Shown: positions 18,051-26,211, numbered from the stretch's first letter. The stretch: 32,000 nt of DNA from Pyrobaculum calidifontis JCM 11548 (GCF_000015805.1 NC_009073.1:840001-872000), one strand, 5' to 3'. Translations and numbers: made by a program. Notes: generated from the letters alone by a model not told the origin.

Positions 18051-19073
18051 CTACGCCACCTCTAACGCCTTTTTCACAGCCTCTCTATGTAGTGGGGTTT
18101 GCCACGCGTAGTGCTTCCCAATGCCTAGCTCTGGGTCTTTCTCGGGGGGCGGCTGGTCGACCCAGAGGTATGGCTTGCGATCCCATACCCTAACAATCAA
18201 GTTCTTCTCGACGAGCATGTCCCTAAGCTCTTGCACCTCCCTCTCCCCAATCCTCCTAAATATCACGTCGGGGTCTTCCACAGCCTCTTTGAGAACTTCA
18301 AGCTTGACGCTGTCTAGTCCAGACACTACATCATAGAGGCTTTTGGATATTACGAGCCTCTCCACCAGTTGTTCCACGTCCCACCTAGTTTCGAAGAGTC
18401 TTTCCAAGAACCTTGGGTTACCGCCTGTCCACTTCCACACTTCGTCGAAGGGAGGCTTGGGGTCGGGTAGCGTTTCATACAACTGGCGAAAGCCCTCCCT
18501 CGCCATGTTCCACGTTACAAAAATAGTGGCCCAGCTGTGCCGACCCACACGCTCCCTCGTGACGCCTTCACTCGACGCCACTAGCACGACTATTTTGTCG
18601 TATTCGGCGGGTGGCCACTCTATCAAGTTGAGTAGAGCTTTGACGTAGGCCTCTGCATTCTCAACTCCAATGGCTTGGAATATGTCGTCCATGAGGACCG
18701 CAACCTTTGCCTTGTGGAATTTTTGGATTATCCACCCTGCCACGTTTATTACCAGGTCTACGGCCTTGGCTAATGGGTCAGAGAATACGCTGAATGCCTT
18801 CTCCACAAGCTCCCTCGCCGAGGGAGAGTATTGGAGGATTTCCTCAGCCCTCTTGGCTAGAGGATTGGCGTATAAGACGTGGTAGCTGAACTCCTCCTCT
18901 AGGACGGCCTTGGCTTGTTTGAGGAGGGCCGTCTTGCCACAGCCCTCGGGGCCGTACACGACGTGTACTGTGTAGGTGCCTCTCTCGGCTAGCTTGGCTA
19001 TTTGCTCCAGGGCCACGTCTCTGTCTGTAAACTCCGTCTCTCTGCCGGCGAAGGCCAGCTTGATCCTCTTCAC
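18051..19073 (-). CDS. Arch_ATPase (PF01637-like AAA+) family protein, tandem copy 1
   Basis: FTDRDVALEQI...VVYGPEGCGKTALLKQ (Walker A), VAVLMDDIFQA (Walker B), TGGNPRFL, C-terminal wHTH-like LVEKNLIV. 340 aa, GTG start. Confidence 0.8.
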   Translation of the reverse strand: MKRIKLAFAGRETEFTDRDVALEQIAKLAERGTYTVHVVYGPEGCGKTALLKQAKAVLEEEFSYHVLYANPLAKRAEEILQYSPSARELVEKAFSVFSDPLAKAVDLVINVAGWIIQKFHKAKVAVLMDDIFQAIGVENAEAYVKALLNLIEWPPAEYDKIVVLVASSEGVTRERVGRHSWATIFVTWNMAREGFRQLYETLPDPKPPFDEVWKWTGGNPRFLERLFETRWDVEQLVERLVISKSLYDVVSGLDSVKLEVLKEAVEDPDVIFRRIGEREVQELRDMLVEKNLIVRVWDRKPYLWVDQPPPEKDPELGIGKHYAWQTPLHREAVKKALEVA

Positions 19074-19091
19074 GGGTGTACCGCCCGTAGA

Positions 19092-19105
19092 AGTTTAAGA
19101 GGTTA
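19092..19105 (-). promoter_or_regulatory. Conserved 14-nt promoter element TAACCTCTTAAACT upstream of ATPase copy 1
   Basis: Identical 14-mer occurs at 20145-20158 upstream of copy 2, at 19-20 nt from each GTG start. Here it overlaps the stop codon of copy 2. Confidence 0.6.
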
Positions 19106-20125
19106 CTTCCTCGTAACCTCCAGCGCACTCCTCACAGCCTCTCTGTGCAGAGGGGTCTGCCACGCAAAGTAGCGGCCGATGCCCAGCTCTGGGTCTCTCT
19201 CGGGCGGCGGCTGGTCAATCCAGAGAAACGGCTTGCGGTCCCCTATCTCTATTATGAGGTTTTTCTCAGTAAGCTGGCTTATTAGGCTCTTAGCCTCCCT
19301 GTACCTCTTCAAGAGGACGTCTGGGTCTTCGACGGCCTCCTCAAGAATCTGCCTCTCCACGTCAGACAGAGAGTATACGAACCCCACAAGCCCTTTACCG
19401 CCCCCCAACGCCGCCACTACTTCCTCCACCCCCCACCCAACCTTGTAGAAATTTTCGAGGTACCTCGGATTGCCCCCCGTCAGCCTCCACACTTCGTCGA
19501 AGGGAGGCTTTGGCCCCGGGAGTTGCTCGTATAGTTGGCGGAAGCCCTCCCTAGCCATATTCCACATAACCTTGATCGTCGCCCAACTGTGCCTCCCCAC
19601 CCTCTCCCTCGTGACGCCTTCACTCGACGCCACTAGCACTACTACTCTGTCGTATTCGGCGGGTGGCCACTCAATGAGGTTGAGTAGGGCTTTGACGTAC
19701 GCCTCTGCGTTTTCCACACCCACCGCCTGAAATATGTCGTCCATCAACACGGCCACTCTCGATCTTCTAAGCCTCTTCATAATCCAGCCGGCGACGGCTA
19801 TTGTGACATCTACCATCTTGCCCCACGGGTCCGGCGTCGCGCTAAGGACTTCTTTGACTATGCCTTCTGCAGACGGCGAGTACTGAAGGACCTCCTCGGC
19901 TTTTTTGGCCAGGGGATTTGCATAAACGACGTGATACCCATACTCCTCCTCTAGGATGGCCTTAGCTTGTTTCAAAAACGCCGTCTTTCCACACCCCTCT
20001 GGCCCATACACGACATAGACCGGGAAAGTCCCGCGCTCGCCAAACTCTCTGACCTGCTCCAGAGCCCTCTCCCTATCCACAAACTCAACCTCAAGGCCGG
20101 CAAACGAGACCTTGATCCTCTTCAC
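19103..20125 (-). CDS. Arch_ATPase (PF01637-like AAA+) family protein, tandem copy 2
   Basis: Same architecture as copy 1 (VVYGPEGCGKTAFLKQ, VAVLMDDIFQA, TGGNPRYL). The central region shows stretches of near-identical nucleotide sequence with copy 1, e.g. CCTCGTGACGCCTTCACTCGACGCCACTAGCAC. Confidence 0.8.
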   Translation of the reverse strand: MKRIKVSFAGLEVEFVDRERALEQVREFGERGTFPVYVVYGPEGCGKTAFLKQAKAILEEEYGYHVVYANPLAKKAEEVLQYSPSAEGIVKEVLSATPDPWGKMVDVTIAVAGWIMKRLRRSRVAVLMDDIFQAVGVENAEAYVKALLNLIEWPPAEYDRVVVLVASSEGVTRERVGRHSWATIKVMWNMAREGFRQLYEQLPGPKPPFDEVWRLTGGNPRYLENFYKVGWGVEEVVAALGGGKGLVGFVYSLSDVERQILEEAVEDPDVLLKRYREAKSLISQLTEKNLIIEIGDRKPFLWIDQPPPERDPELGIGRYFAWQTPLHREAVRSALEVTRK

Positions 20126-20144
20126 GGGGTTAGACTCCTGACAG

Positions 20145-20158
20145 AGTTTAAGAGGTTA
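20145..20158 (-). promoter_or_regulatory. Conserved 14-nt promoter element TAACCTCTTAAACT upstream of ATPase copy 2
   Basis: Identical to 19092-19105, 20 nt upstream of GTG 20125. Confidence 0.6.
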
Positions 20159-20160
20159 TC

Positions 20161-20227
20161 CCCGACGCCCTCCACCGCCTCCAAAGGCGTCTGCCAAACG
20201 CAACGGCAACTGGTCGAGGGCGTCGGG
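20161..20227. repeat. Perfect 12-bp inverted repeat CCCGACGCCCTC / GAGGGCGTCGGG with a 43-nt spacer
   Basis: Arms at 20161-20172 and 20216-20227. A third GGCGTC copy (20186-20191) allows an alternative pairing. Lies between the surface-operon stop and the ATPase promoter. Confidence 0.75.
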
Positions 20228-20269
20228 CCTCCATGCCGCCAAGCTCTGCGGGAGGCGCGCCGGGTCTGT

Positions 20270-20788
20270 CTAGCGCGCGTGTGAGGTAAACTCTACGGCG
20301 ACTGGGTAGGCGCGGTTTGGCTGTGCCTTGGCGTCGATGAGGACCTCCAGTCTCGCGGGGAGGCACTGTCCCGCCTTAAAGACTGCGTTTAGCGGCGTGT
20401 AGTTGCCAAAGCTGTATCCAAACGCTGTCCCGTTGACGTACAGCAGGAAGACCTTCACCTCGGGCGGCGCCTCCACTACCCTCGCCGAGACAGCCACGTC
20501 GGCCCCCGCCACGTTGCACACATACACGTCGTACACGGCGAGGGCACCCACAGGCGCCACAAGGCCAAAAGTCTGCGTCCCATTCCAACCCACCAACACC
20601 GCCAAGGGAACCGCCGACACGCCGCCGCCACCCGCCAGGCCCAGCGCAACCCCCGGCGCCACCCCCACCAAAGAGAACACCACCAACAACAAGAGGGCCA
20701 CCGCGCCGAGCACCACCACGGCGAGAGAAGGCCTCCTTTCCTCCTCTTCCTCCACCTTCGCCACAGCCCTCTCCACCGCCGACGTCAT
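20270..20788 (-). CDS. Membrane-anchored beta-rich protein, paralog of the 204-aa secreted protein (putative anchor subunit)
   Basis: Start taken at ATG 20788 (ATGA overlap with the upstream stop). Acidic N-tail is followed by a hydrophobic stretch (LAVVVLGAVALLLLVVFSLVGV). The C-terminal domain shares VCN...GQC-x10-D...YPVAVEFT with the 204-aa protein. Confidence 0.6.
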   Translation of the reverse strand: MTSAVERAVAKVEEEEERRPSLAVVVLGAVALLLLVVFSLVGVAPGVALGLAGGGGVSAVPLAVLVGWNGTQTFGLVAPVGALAVYDVYVCNVAGADVAVSARVVEAPPEVKVFLLYVNGTAFGYSFGNYTPLNAVFKAGQCLPARLEVLIDAKAQPNRAYPVAVEFTSHAR

Positions 20789-23049
20789 CCCCACGCCTCC
20801 ACAGTCCTCACTATTAAGTACTCCCCCGGCCCAGCCCTGAAGCCTATGTACTGCGCGGCTGGCGGCGCGGCGCAGCCAAAGCGGGCCAACGGGCCACCAG
20901 CGGAGTCTCTCACGATTACGTCGCCCAGGGCGGCGAGTGGCCTAAGCTCTACCCACCTCGACGAGGGGCTGTAGTAGCCGTAGACACAGCCCGCCGACGC
21001 GCCGCGTAGGTAGAGGCCGAAGGCCTCGCCCAGCGCTGAGGTTAGGGCAACGTACTTTCCCTTGCCTGTGAAGTTGGCCACGTATGTAAGCGCGCCTTGG
21101 ACAAGCTGAGTGTAGGCCGTGGCGCCGTTTGCCACGAACAAGGCGTAGTTAGTCTGCCACACGTAGGCCCCCGGCGCCGTGTTGCTATACCAGCCGGCCG
21201 GCAGTGGACAAGAGTAGCTCTGCACAGTGACGGGCCCCCACTCCACTGCGAAGTCGCCTAGGGTGCCATCAGAGTCGGCATAGCTTGCATCTGTCACGAC
21301 TAGGGCCACCGATGTGACAGCCCCCTGCGCAGTCAGCGTTATGGTGAAGGCGTAGTCGCCCGGCGTTATGCTACCAAGCCGCGTAGCCACGTAACGTGTA
21401 CCCGAGGGAGTACAGGCGCCGGCGCTGTCTACTGTACACACCACCTGCTGTGTAAACGGCGAGACTATTATGCCGTTGTAGTCGACGGTGTCGTAGTAGT
21501 AATAGATATACTCCCTATCCGCCGACCCGTCGTAGTCCACGTCCACAGCCACGTCCACATAGACCACGTTGTTACGTGCCTCGTTTCCGCCCCGGATGTA
21601 CCTAACGCCTACGGAGATCTGAGCCCCCGTGGCGTTAAACTTGTAGTCTATGAAAGCCGCCGCAACGCCGTAGTCCGTGGAGGGTGTGCCAGAGGAACCG
21701 CGGGCATCTACCTGCGTCACCAGCCTCCAACTGTCAGTCCTAACAAACACGTCAGTACGATAGCTACCAAGCTCCCAAACCCTCAGCCCGGGGTCACACG
21801 CCGGAGCAACCACAGTTATGGCGAAGTTCTGCCAGTCAACCCAGAAGTCGCCAGAGGGGCTACCAGAGGCGGCGCCCGACGCGTCTACTACCACAAACGC
21901 AATGCCGACGATTCGCCCCACCTGCGTTGTGGGCAGTGTAATAGATATGGTGAAGGAATTGCCACTAGTCACACTACTAACCTTCGTCAGCCTGTACTGA
22001 GGCGGCGGCGTCGTGGTGGGGTCTCCCTGGCTATTTATACTAGCCACGCTACTCCCCCTATTGATAAATATAGACACGATAAGGCCGTTGCCCTGGGCTG
22101 TGTCGTAGACGTAGGCTATGTACTCCACGTCGGCTACGCCGTCTCCGTTCTCGTCAACGCCCACGGAGAGGTAGGCCACGTTGTTACGCGTATCGCCGCT
22201 AAGGGCGTAGGCGCCGGAGACTTGCACCGTAGCCCCAGCCGCTACTACTAGGCCCCAGCGGTCTGCCACTCTGTATATGGCTGAGGAGAGGCCCCAGTCG
22301 GTGCTACTTCTTGCGTCTATCTGCGTCCTTATCGACGAGCCGGTGTACCGCACCGGCGACACTGCAAGGTAAGTGGAGCTGTACACTGCGTATTCGTCGA
22401 TGTAGGTTGGCTTTGAGCTGTAGGCCAAGGAGTCGCTATAGGACGGAAGCGTGGCCGTGTAGGTGCCTCCGGCGCAAGTGTACTGCTGGGTGTAGGTGTG
22501 GCCTGGGCAGGAAAAGCTCCACGACGTCAGTTTCGACATGGGCTCTGCTGTGAAGTTGACCAGCTGTACGGCGTATATGCCTCCTTTGTTGAACTGGGCT
22601 GTGGCGAGGATGGAGTACCGCCCCGTCGTCGCCATAGACCACACGAGAGGCGCCGGGGCGGGAGCGTAGGATCCCGCGTTTTGCGTGTTACCTATCTGCT
22701 GGACGTTACCCAGCGAGATGGTGTACGTCCCGCCTGGGTTTCCGCTACGGCCAACTACCTCAAGCCTTGTCTGCCAGCCGGCGTCTCTGGCGGCGAATAT
22801 GCCCACTGTATATGTCTCGGGCCACCCCGGCTTAAACTTGACGTAGTAGTACGTCACGTTGTACGGCCCAGAGTACTGGTACCACGCCTTCGCCAGTGGG
22901 TACAGCGACTGGTTCAAGTTCTTGGAGATGGGGGCCAGCGTGGCGTTGGCAGCCCACTGCGACGCGTTGAAGTAGGCGAGGAGCGCCAGGGCCCCCGCCG
23001 CGGCGAGGGCCACCAAGGCGAGAGAGGCGGCTCTTGCACGGCGCCTCAT
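20785..23049 (-). CDS. Large (754 aa) secreted/N-anchored multi-domain surface protein with internal tandem duplication
   Basis: N-terminus MRRRARAASLALVALAAAGALALLAYFNASQWAANATL (charged, hydrophobic, then a motif shared with the 204-aa protein). Many N-x-S/T sequons. Two ~180-aa repeats. Confidence 0.7.
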   Translation of the reverse strand: MRRRARAASLALVALAAAGALALLAYFNASQWAANATLAPISKNLNQSLYPLAKAWYQYSGPYNVTYYYVKFKPGWPETYTVGIFAARDAGWQTRLEVVGRSGNPGGTYTISLGNVQQIGNTQNAGSYAPAPAPLVWSMATTGRYSILATAQFNKGGIYAVQLVNFTAEPMSKLTSWSFSCPGHTYTQQYTCAGGTYTATLPSYSDSLAYSSKPTYIDEYAVYSSTYLAVSPVRYTGSSIRTQIDARSSTDWGLSSAIYRVADRWGLVVAAGATVQVSGAYALSGDTRNNVAYLSVGVDENGDGVADVEYIAYVYDTAQGNGLIVSIFINRGSSVASINSQGDPTTTPPPQYRLTKVSSVTSGNSFTISITLPTTQVGRIVGIAFVVVDASGAASGSPSGDFWVDWQNFAITVVAPACDPGLRVWELGSYRTDVFVRTDSWRLVTQVDARGSSGTPSTDYGVAAAFIDYKFNATGAQISVGVRYIRGGNEARNNVVYVDVAVDVDYDGSADREYIYYYYDTVDYNGIIVSPFTQQVVCTVDSAGACTPSGTRYVATRLGSITPGDYAFTITLTAQGAVTSVALVVTDASYADSDGTLGDFAVEWGPVTVQSYSCPLPAGWYSNTAPGAYVWQTNYALFVANGATAYTQLVQGALTYVANFTGKGKYVALTSALGEAFGLYLRGASAGCVYGYYSPSSRWVELRPLAALGDVIVRDSAGGPLARFGCAAPPAAQYIGFRAGPGEYLIVRTVEAWG
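21205..22332 (-). repeat. Intragenic tandem duplication (two ~180-aa domains) within the 754-aa protein
   Basis: Repeat 1 (aa ~240-418) has ...IDARSSTDWG...TRNNVAYLSVGVDENGDGVADVEYIAYVYDTAQGNGLIVS...FTISITL...VVVDASG...GDFWVDW. Repeat 2 (aa ~441-615) has ...VDARGSSGTPSTDYG...ARNNVVYVDVAVDVDYDGSADREYIYYYYDTVDYNGIIVS...FTITLT...VVTDASY...GDFAVEW. Confidence 0.8.
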
Positions 23050-23705
23050 GCAGAAGCCATAAAGTCTAGCTTCTCTCTGTCCTCTGGGCTTAGTGTGTCG
23101 GGGTTCACAGAGGCAAGTATTACCTCAGCCGCGGCCTTGGGGTTGACGTAGTAGTACGTGAAGGGGCCTATCCTCACCGACTTGACGCGTCCCTCCCGCT
23201 CGAGGACGTAGAGGTGCCACTGCACCGAACTCCAAGACCTCCCCATCGCCCTGGCGATCTGCGAAAGAGTGGCGGCGCCCATCTTCTCCACGACGCGGAC
23301 AATCTCCCGCCTGACGGGGTCCTCGGCCCTCGCCGTCTTGACCCTCGCCAAAATGGGGGCAATGGGGGCTAGGAGGAGCTCCCTCCTGTTTGAGAGAAGG
23401 TGGCTGAGGCCGGCCGCCGCGGCGGCGCCCACGGCCAGCGCCAGTATGGGGGCAGAGGGGGGCAACTGCGTGGGAGGCGGCTGGGGGGTGCGCCACTGCA
23501 CGTCAACCCAGCCCGAGAGGAGGAGCGGCTCTCCGCCCGTGTTGACGCAGGCGATGGCCATCCGGCTGTACACCTCAGCCACCCCCGTGAAGTTGCACAC
23601 CGGGGGAAGCGAAGCCGACACTACAGCCGACGTCCCCGGAGGCGGCTGTACCACAAACATCCACATGGTGAGCGGAGCGAGTAACAATAAAACAGTAGCA
23701 TTCAT
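23046..23705 (-). CDS. Membrane-tethered winged-helix (ArsR/MarR-like) transcription regulator with an extracytoplasmic N-terminal domain
   Basis: N-terminal hydrophobic segment (VLLLLAPLTMWMFVV), ~65-aa Cys-containing segment, Pro-rich linker, second TM (ILALAVGAAAAAGLSHLL). Then the wHTH: VRREIVRVVEKMGAATLSQIARAMGRSWSSVQWHLYVLEREGRVKSVRIGPFTYYYV. Confidence 0.7.
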   Translation of the reverse strand: MNATVLLLLAPLTMWMFVVQPPPGTSAVVSASLPPVCNFTGVAEVYSRMAIACVNTGGEPLLLSGWVDVQWRTPQPPPTQLPPSAPILALAVGAAAAAGLSHLLSNRRELLLAPIAPILARVKTARAEDPVRREIVRVVEKMGAATLSQIARAMGRSWSSVQWHLYVLEREGRVKSVRIGPFTYYYVNPKAAAEVILASVNPDTLSPEDREKLDFMASA

Positions 23706-23724
23706 AGCACCCCCCTCATACGTA

Positions 23725-23732
23725 CTTAAATG
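23725..23732 (-). promoter_or_regulatory. Possible internal TATA-like box (CATTTAAG) plus SD-like GAGGGGGGTG ahead of the wHTH gene
   Basis: The box overlaps the GTPase stop codon, 20 nt upstream of ATG 23705. The 20-nt spacer (23706-23725) also carries a purine-rich SD-like run, so either internal initiation mode is possible. Confidence 0.35.
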
Positions 23733-24223
23733 TTTTGTGTTGCGCTAAGCCCCTCTAGGAGCACCTTTAGCAGAGTGTCCGGGCTGTCTTTCAGCGCTGA
23801 GGTGTAGTAGACGCGGGTTGCGCCAAGGGCTTTCGCCGCCTCTTCGCCGCGGACAAACGTCCCGCGCTCCTCTGCCAAATCCCGCTTGTTGCCTATCAGA
23901 ATTTTGCGGGGAGCATAGCTGGCAAGCGGCGCAAGCTGAAGGAGCTCCTCCAATGTGCGCCGGTCTGTGACATCGTACATGTAGGCAATTAAGTCGATCT
24001 GGGCGCCGTAAGTCTTAACGGCCTCGTTGTAAAGCGCCACAACCTCTGCGGCGTATTGCCCAGGGGCGTCTAGCAGGAAGAGCTCCATGTCCCCAACCCT
24101 CAGCGCGTAGAACTGGGGCCTCCTCGTCACTCTCGGCGTCCTGGAGAGGCCCAGCAGGCGATATATGTAAGTAGTCTTGCCCACTCCACCCACCCCGAGG
24201 AAAGACACGGCGTGTCGCTTCAT
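23726..24223 (-). CDS. Ras-superfamily small GTPase (165 aa)
   Basis: Internal start M85 of the track ORF (ATG 24223, ATGA overlap with the upstream stop). G1 GVGGVGKT, G3 DAPGQ, G4 NKRD, G5 TSAL. The upstream 84 codons of the track ORF are R/P-rich shadow sequence. Confidence 0.8.
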   Translation of the reverse strand: MKRHAVSFLGVGGVGKTTYIYRLLGLSRTPRVTRRPQFYALRVGDMELFLLDAPGQYAAEVVALYNEAVKTYGAQIDLIAYMYDVTDRRTLEELLQLAPLASYAPRKILIGNKRDLAEERGTFVRGEEAAKALGATRVYYTSALKDSPDTLLKVLLEGLSATQNI

Positions 24224-24582
24224 ACCAGGAACGGGTCGCCTAGCCCCAGCGCCCTGGCCACCACGGCGAGGAGGATAATGTAGACCCAGGCCGCGGCGGC
24301 GAAGAGGTAGAAGGTCCACCTCCGGGTCCACATCCCCCACCAAGTGTAGGCGATAGACACGGCGAGGAGGCTCACCGCGAGTAGGTAGGTGAAGCGGGCA
24401 TAGAAGAGCTGCCACTGCTGTAGGAGGAGGGTTAGGACGAAGCCGGCGATGAAGGAGACGAGCGCCCCAGTCCACGTGGTGAAGGTGGCGCGCCTAGCCA
24501 CGTAGAATATATATACCAGGGGCGCCAGCGCCGCCACTGCGCCGCCAGCCGCCGACAGTAGCATCATCTCGGCGAAATTCAT
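24220..24582 (-). CDS. Small polytopic membrane protein (about 4 TM, 120 aa)
   Basis: Start at ATG 24582 (ATGA overlap). Almost entirely hydrophobic helices separated by short R/W-rich loops. Begins MNFA like its neighbour (MNWA). Confidence 0.6.
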   Translation of the reverse strand: MNFAEMMLLSAAGGAVAALAPLVYIFYVARRATFTTWTGALVSFIAGFVLTLLLQQWQLFYARFTYLLAVSLLAVSIAYTWWGMWTRRWTFYLFAAAAWVYIILLAVVARALGLGDPFLV

Positions 24583-24980
24583 ATGACCCACAGCGTGTAG
24601 CTATTTAAAGCCAGCGCCGCGAGGTAGAGGGCGAATAGGTACACATAGGGGGCGCATGATATGAGCGCCAGGTCGAGGTCGCGTCTCAGGGGCCGCAGGG
24701 CGATGTGTAGCTGGAGGAGCTGCGCCGCGAGGAGGAGGGCGAGGCCCAGCACTGCGGAAAGCCTAAGCGAGGCGAGTCCCCCATAGGCCACGGTAATCCA
24801 TACTCCATAGACGTTGGCCGCCGTCGCCAAGGCGAGGAAGGGGACAAGGACGTCTCGGTGTTTGAACATGAGCTGTGGGGCCAGGCCGTACCTCTTCGCC
24901 ACCACGTTCTCGGCGTAGACTCTGCCGAAGGCCACGGCGAGCCCCGCCGCGACGCCCACGAGGAGGACTGCCCAATTCAT
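24579..24980 (-). CDS. Small polytopic membrane protein (about 4 TM, 133 aa)
   Basis: Start at ATG 24980 (ATGA overlap with the 410-aa gene stop). Hydrophobic helices with short basic loops. Confidence 0.6.
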   Translation of the reverse strand: MNWAVLLVGVAAGLAVAFGRVYAENVVAKRYGLAPQLMFKHRDVLVPFLALATAANVYGVWITVAYGGLASLRLSAVLGLALLLAAQLLQLHIALRPLRRDLDLALISCAPYVYLFALYLAALALNSYTLWVI

Positions 24981-26209
24981 GGCCCCCACGGCTTAAGCCC
25001 CTCTACTCTGACGTCTACGACCACTGGCCAGCCGTCCCAGCCGCCCGTGGGATCGGCCACGACATAGAATGGCCCAAACCAGCCGGTGGGGAGCCCCTTG
25101 GGCAGGGCGAGCCGCTGGAGGGGCGCCTCGGGGCCAGCCACCCAGTATCTAACAGTGCCGTTGTAGAGCCAGACGCCTGGCGAGACCTCCACCGGCGCGG
25201 CGCCTCTGCCTGGGGCAAAGTAGGACACATACGTCGTGAGCCGGGGCTCGGAGGGGAAGTGGTAGTACAGTACCCCGCCCCACATGCCCACGGGGGTGCT
25301 GTACCAATAGGCGTACAGCTCTCCGTAGCCGCTTCCGTTGGCCACCACGACCCTCCTCAGGGTGGTGTTTATATAGCTGGCGTTGAAGGTGTACGTCGCC
25401 AGTATATACCCCTCGGGGGTGGGCACGCCGAATTTGTACTCATAGGCCGTGTAGTTGGGCGGAGGCGGGGTTGGGGCCTTCCCCACGCCGTTGGGGCACG
25501 GCGCGTCGTATATGTAGAGCTGGCCTCTGCCCTCTAGCCTTATGAAGAAGCCGTAGCGGGTCTGGCCCTCCCTTGAGGGCAAGAGAGGCAGCGGGCGCAC
25601 CTGTGGGGCCACTGGCGCATAGCGCAGGGCCTCTGGCAGTAGGAGCGACTTGTTGTACACCGCGGCGCAGCCCACAAGCGGCGTTCTGCCAATTGGCCTC
25701 TCCCAGGCGTATACCTCTCCGCCGCCGACTTGCACAAACTGCCACCCCCTGCCCTCCAGCGTGACCACCGCCCGCCGCGACGCTGGGTACCAGTCCACGA
25801 GCTTTACCCTGACTTCCACGGCCCTCCACCACCCCGACGCGTGGGTGAAGTTGAGGACGCAGCGCCCCTCCCACCCCGGCGGCACCGTTATGTTGACCCA
25901 CTTGGCCCCGGGCGGCGGTGTGAGGAAGTGCGGCGGGACAAATGGGCAGTTCCCCCCGACGTGCACCTCCACAGGCGCCATCAGCTCCACCTTTACCGCC
26001 CTGTCGTACTGCCACGGGGCGTAGGGCGAGCTGTAGAGGTAGAGCACGCCGTCGCGCCACGCGGCGTAGGAGGGGAGGACCCCCGGCCCTACCTCAGCCG
26101 GGGAGCCCGAGGTAAACACATACTCCCCGTAGGGAGAGGACAGGGCGATGAGAAAAACTAGAGAGGGGAGGAAAAACAGAAAAAACCGCTTTACCTTTTC
26201 CCCCTTCAC
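24977..26209 (-). CDS. Secreted protein of unknown function (410 aa), W/Y/P/G-rich
   Basis: N-terminal signal-like MKGEKVKRFFLFFLPSLVFLIALSS and several N-x-S/T sequons. No C-terminal anchor. GTG start 2 nt after the upstream stop. Confidence 0.65.
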   Translation of the reverse strand: MKGEKVKRFFLFFLPSLVFLIALSSPYGEYVFTSGSPAEVGPGVLPSYAAWRDGVLYLYSSPYAPWQYDRAVKVELMAPVEVHVGGNCPFVPPHFLTPPPGAKWVNITVPPGWEGRCVLNFTHASGWWRAVEVRVKLVDWYPASRRAVVTLEGRGWQFVQVGGGEVYAWERPIGRTPLVGCAAVYNKSLLLPEALRYAPVAPQVRPLPLLPSREGQTRYGFFIRLEGRGQLYIYDAPCPNGVGKAPTPPPPNYTAYEYKFGVPTPEGYILATYTFNASYINTTLRRVVVANGSGYGELYAYWYSTPVGMWGGVLYYHFPSEPRLTTYVSYFAPGRGAAPVEVSPGVWLYNGTVRYWVAGPEAPLQRLALPKGLPTGWFGPFYVVADPTGGWDGWPVVVDVRVEGLKPWGP

Positions 26210-26211
26210 CC

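Noticed and set aside
24224-24475. N-terminal extensions of track ORFs: the GTPase 249-aa form, plus 679..2142, 4214..6553, 7659..8498, 9479..10489 and 13211..14479.
   Set aside because: The extensions are R/P/G-rich, overlap upstream genes, and ignore ATGA-overlap or TATA-spaced internal starts that yield canonical family N-termini.
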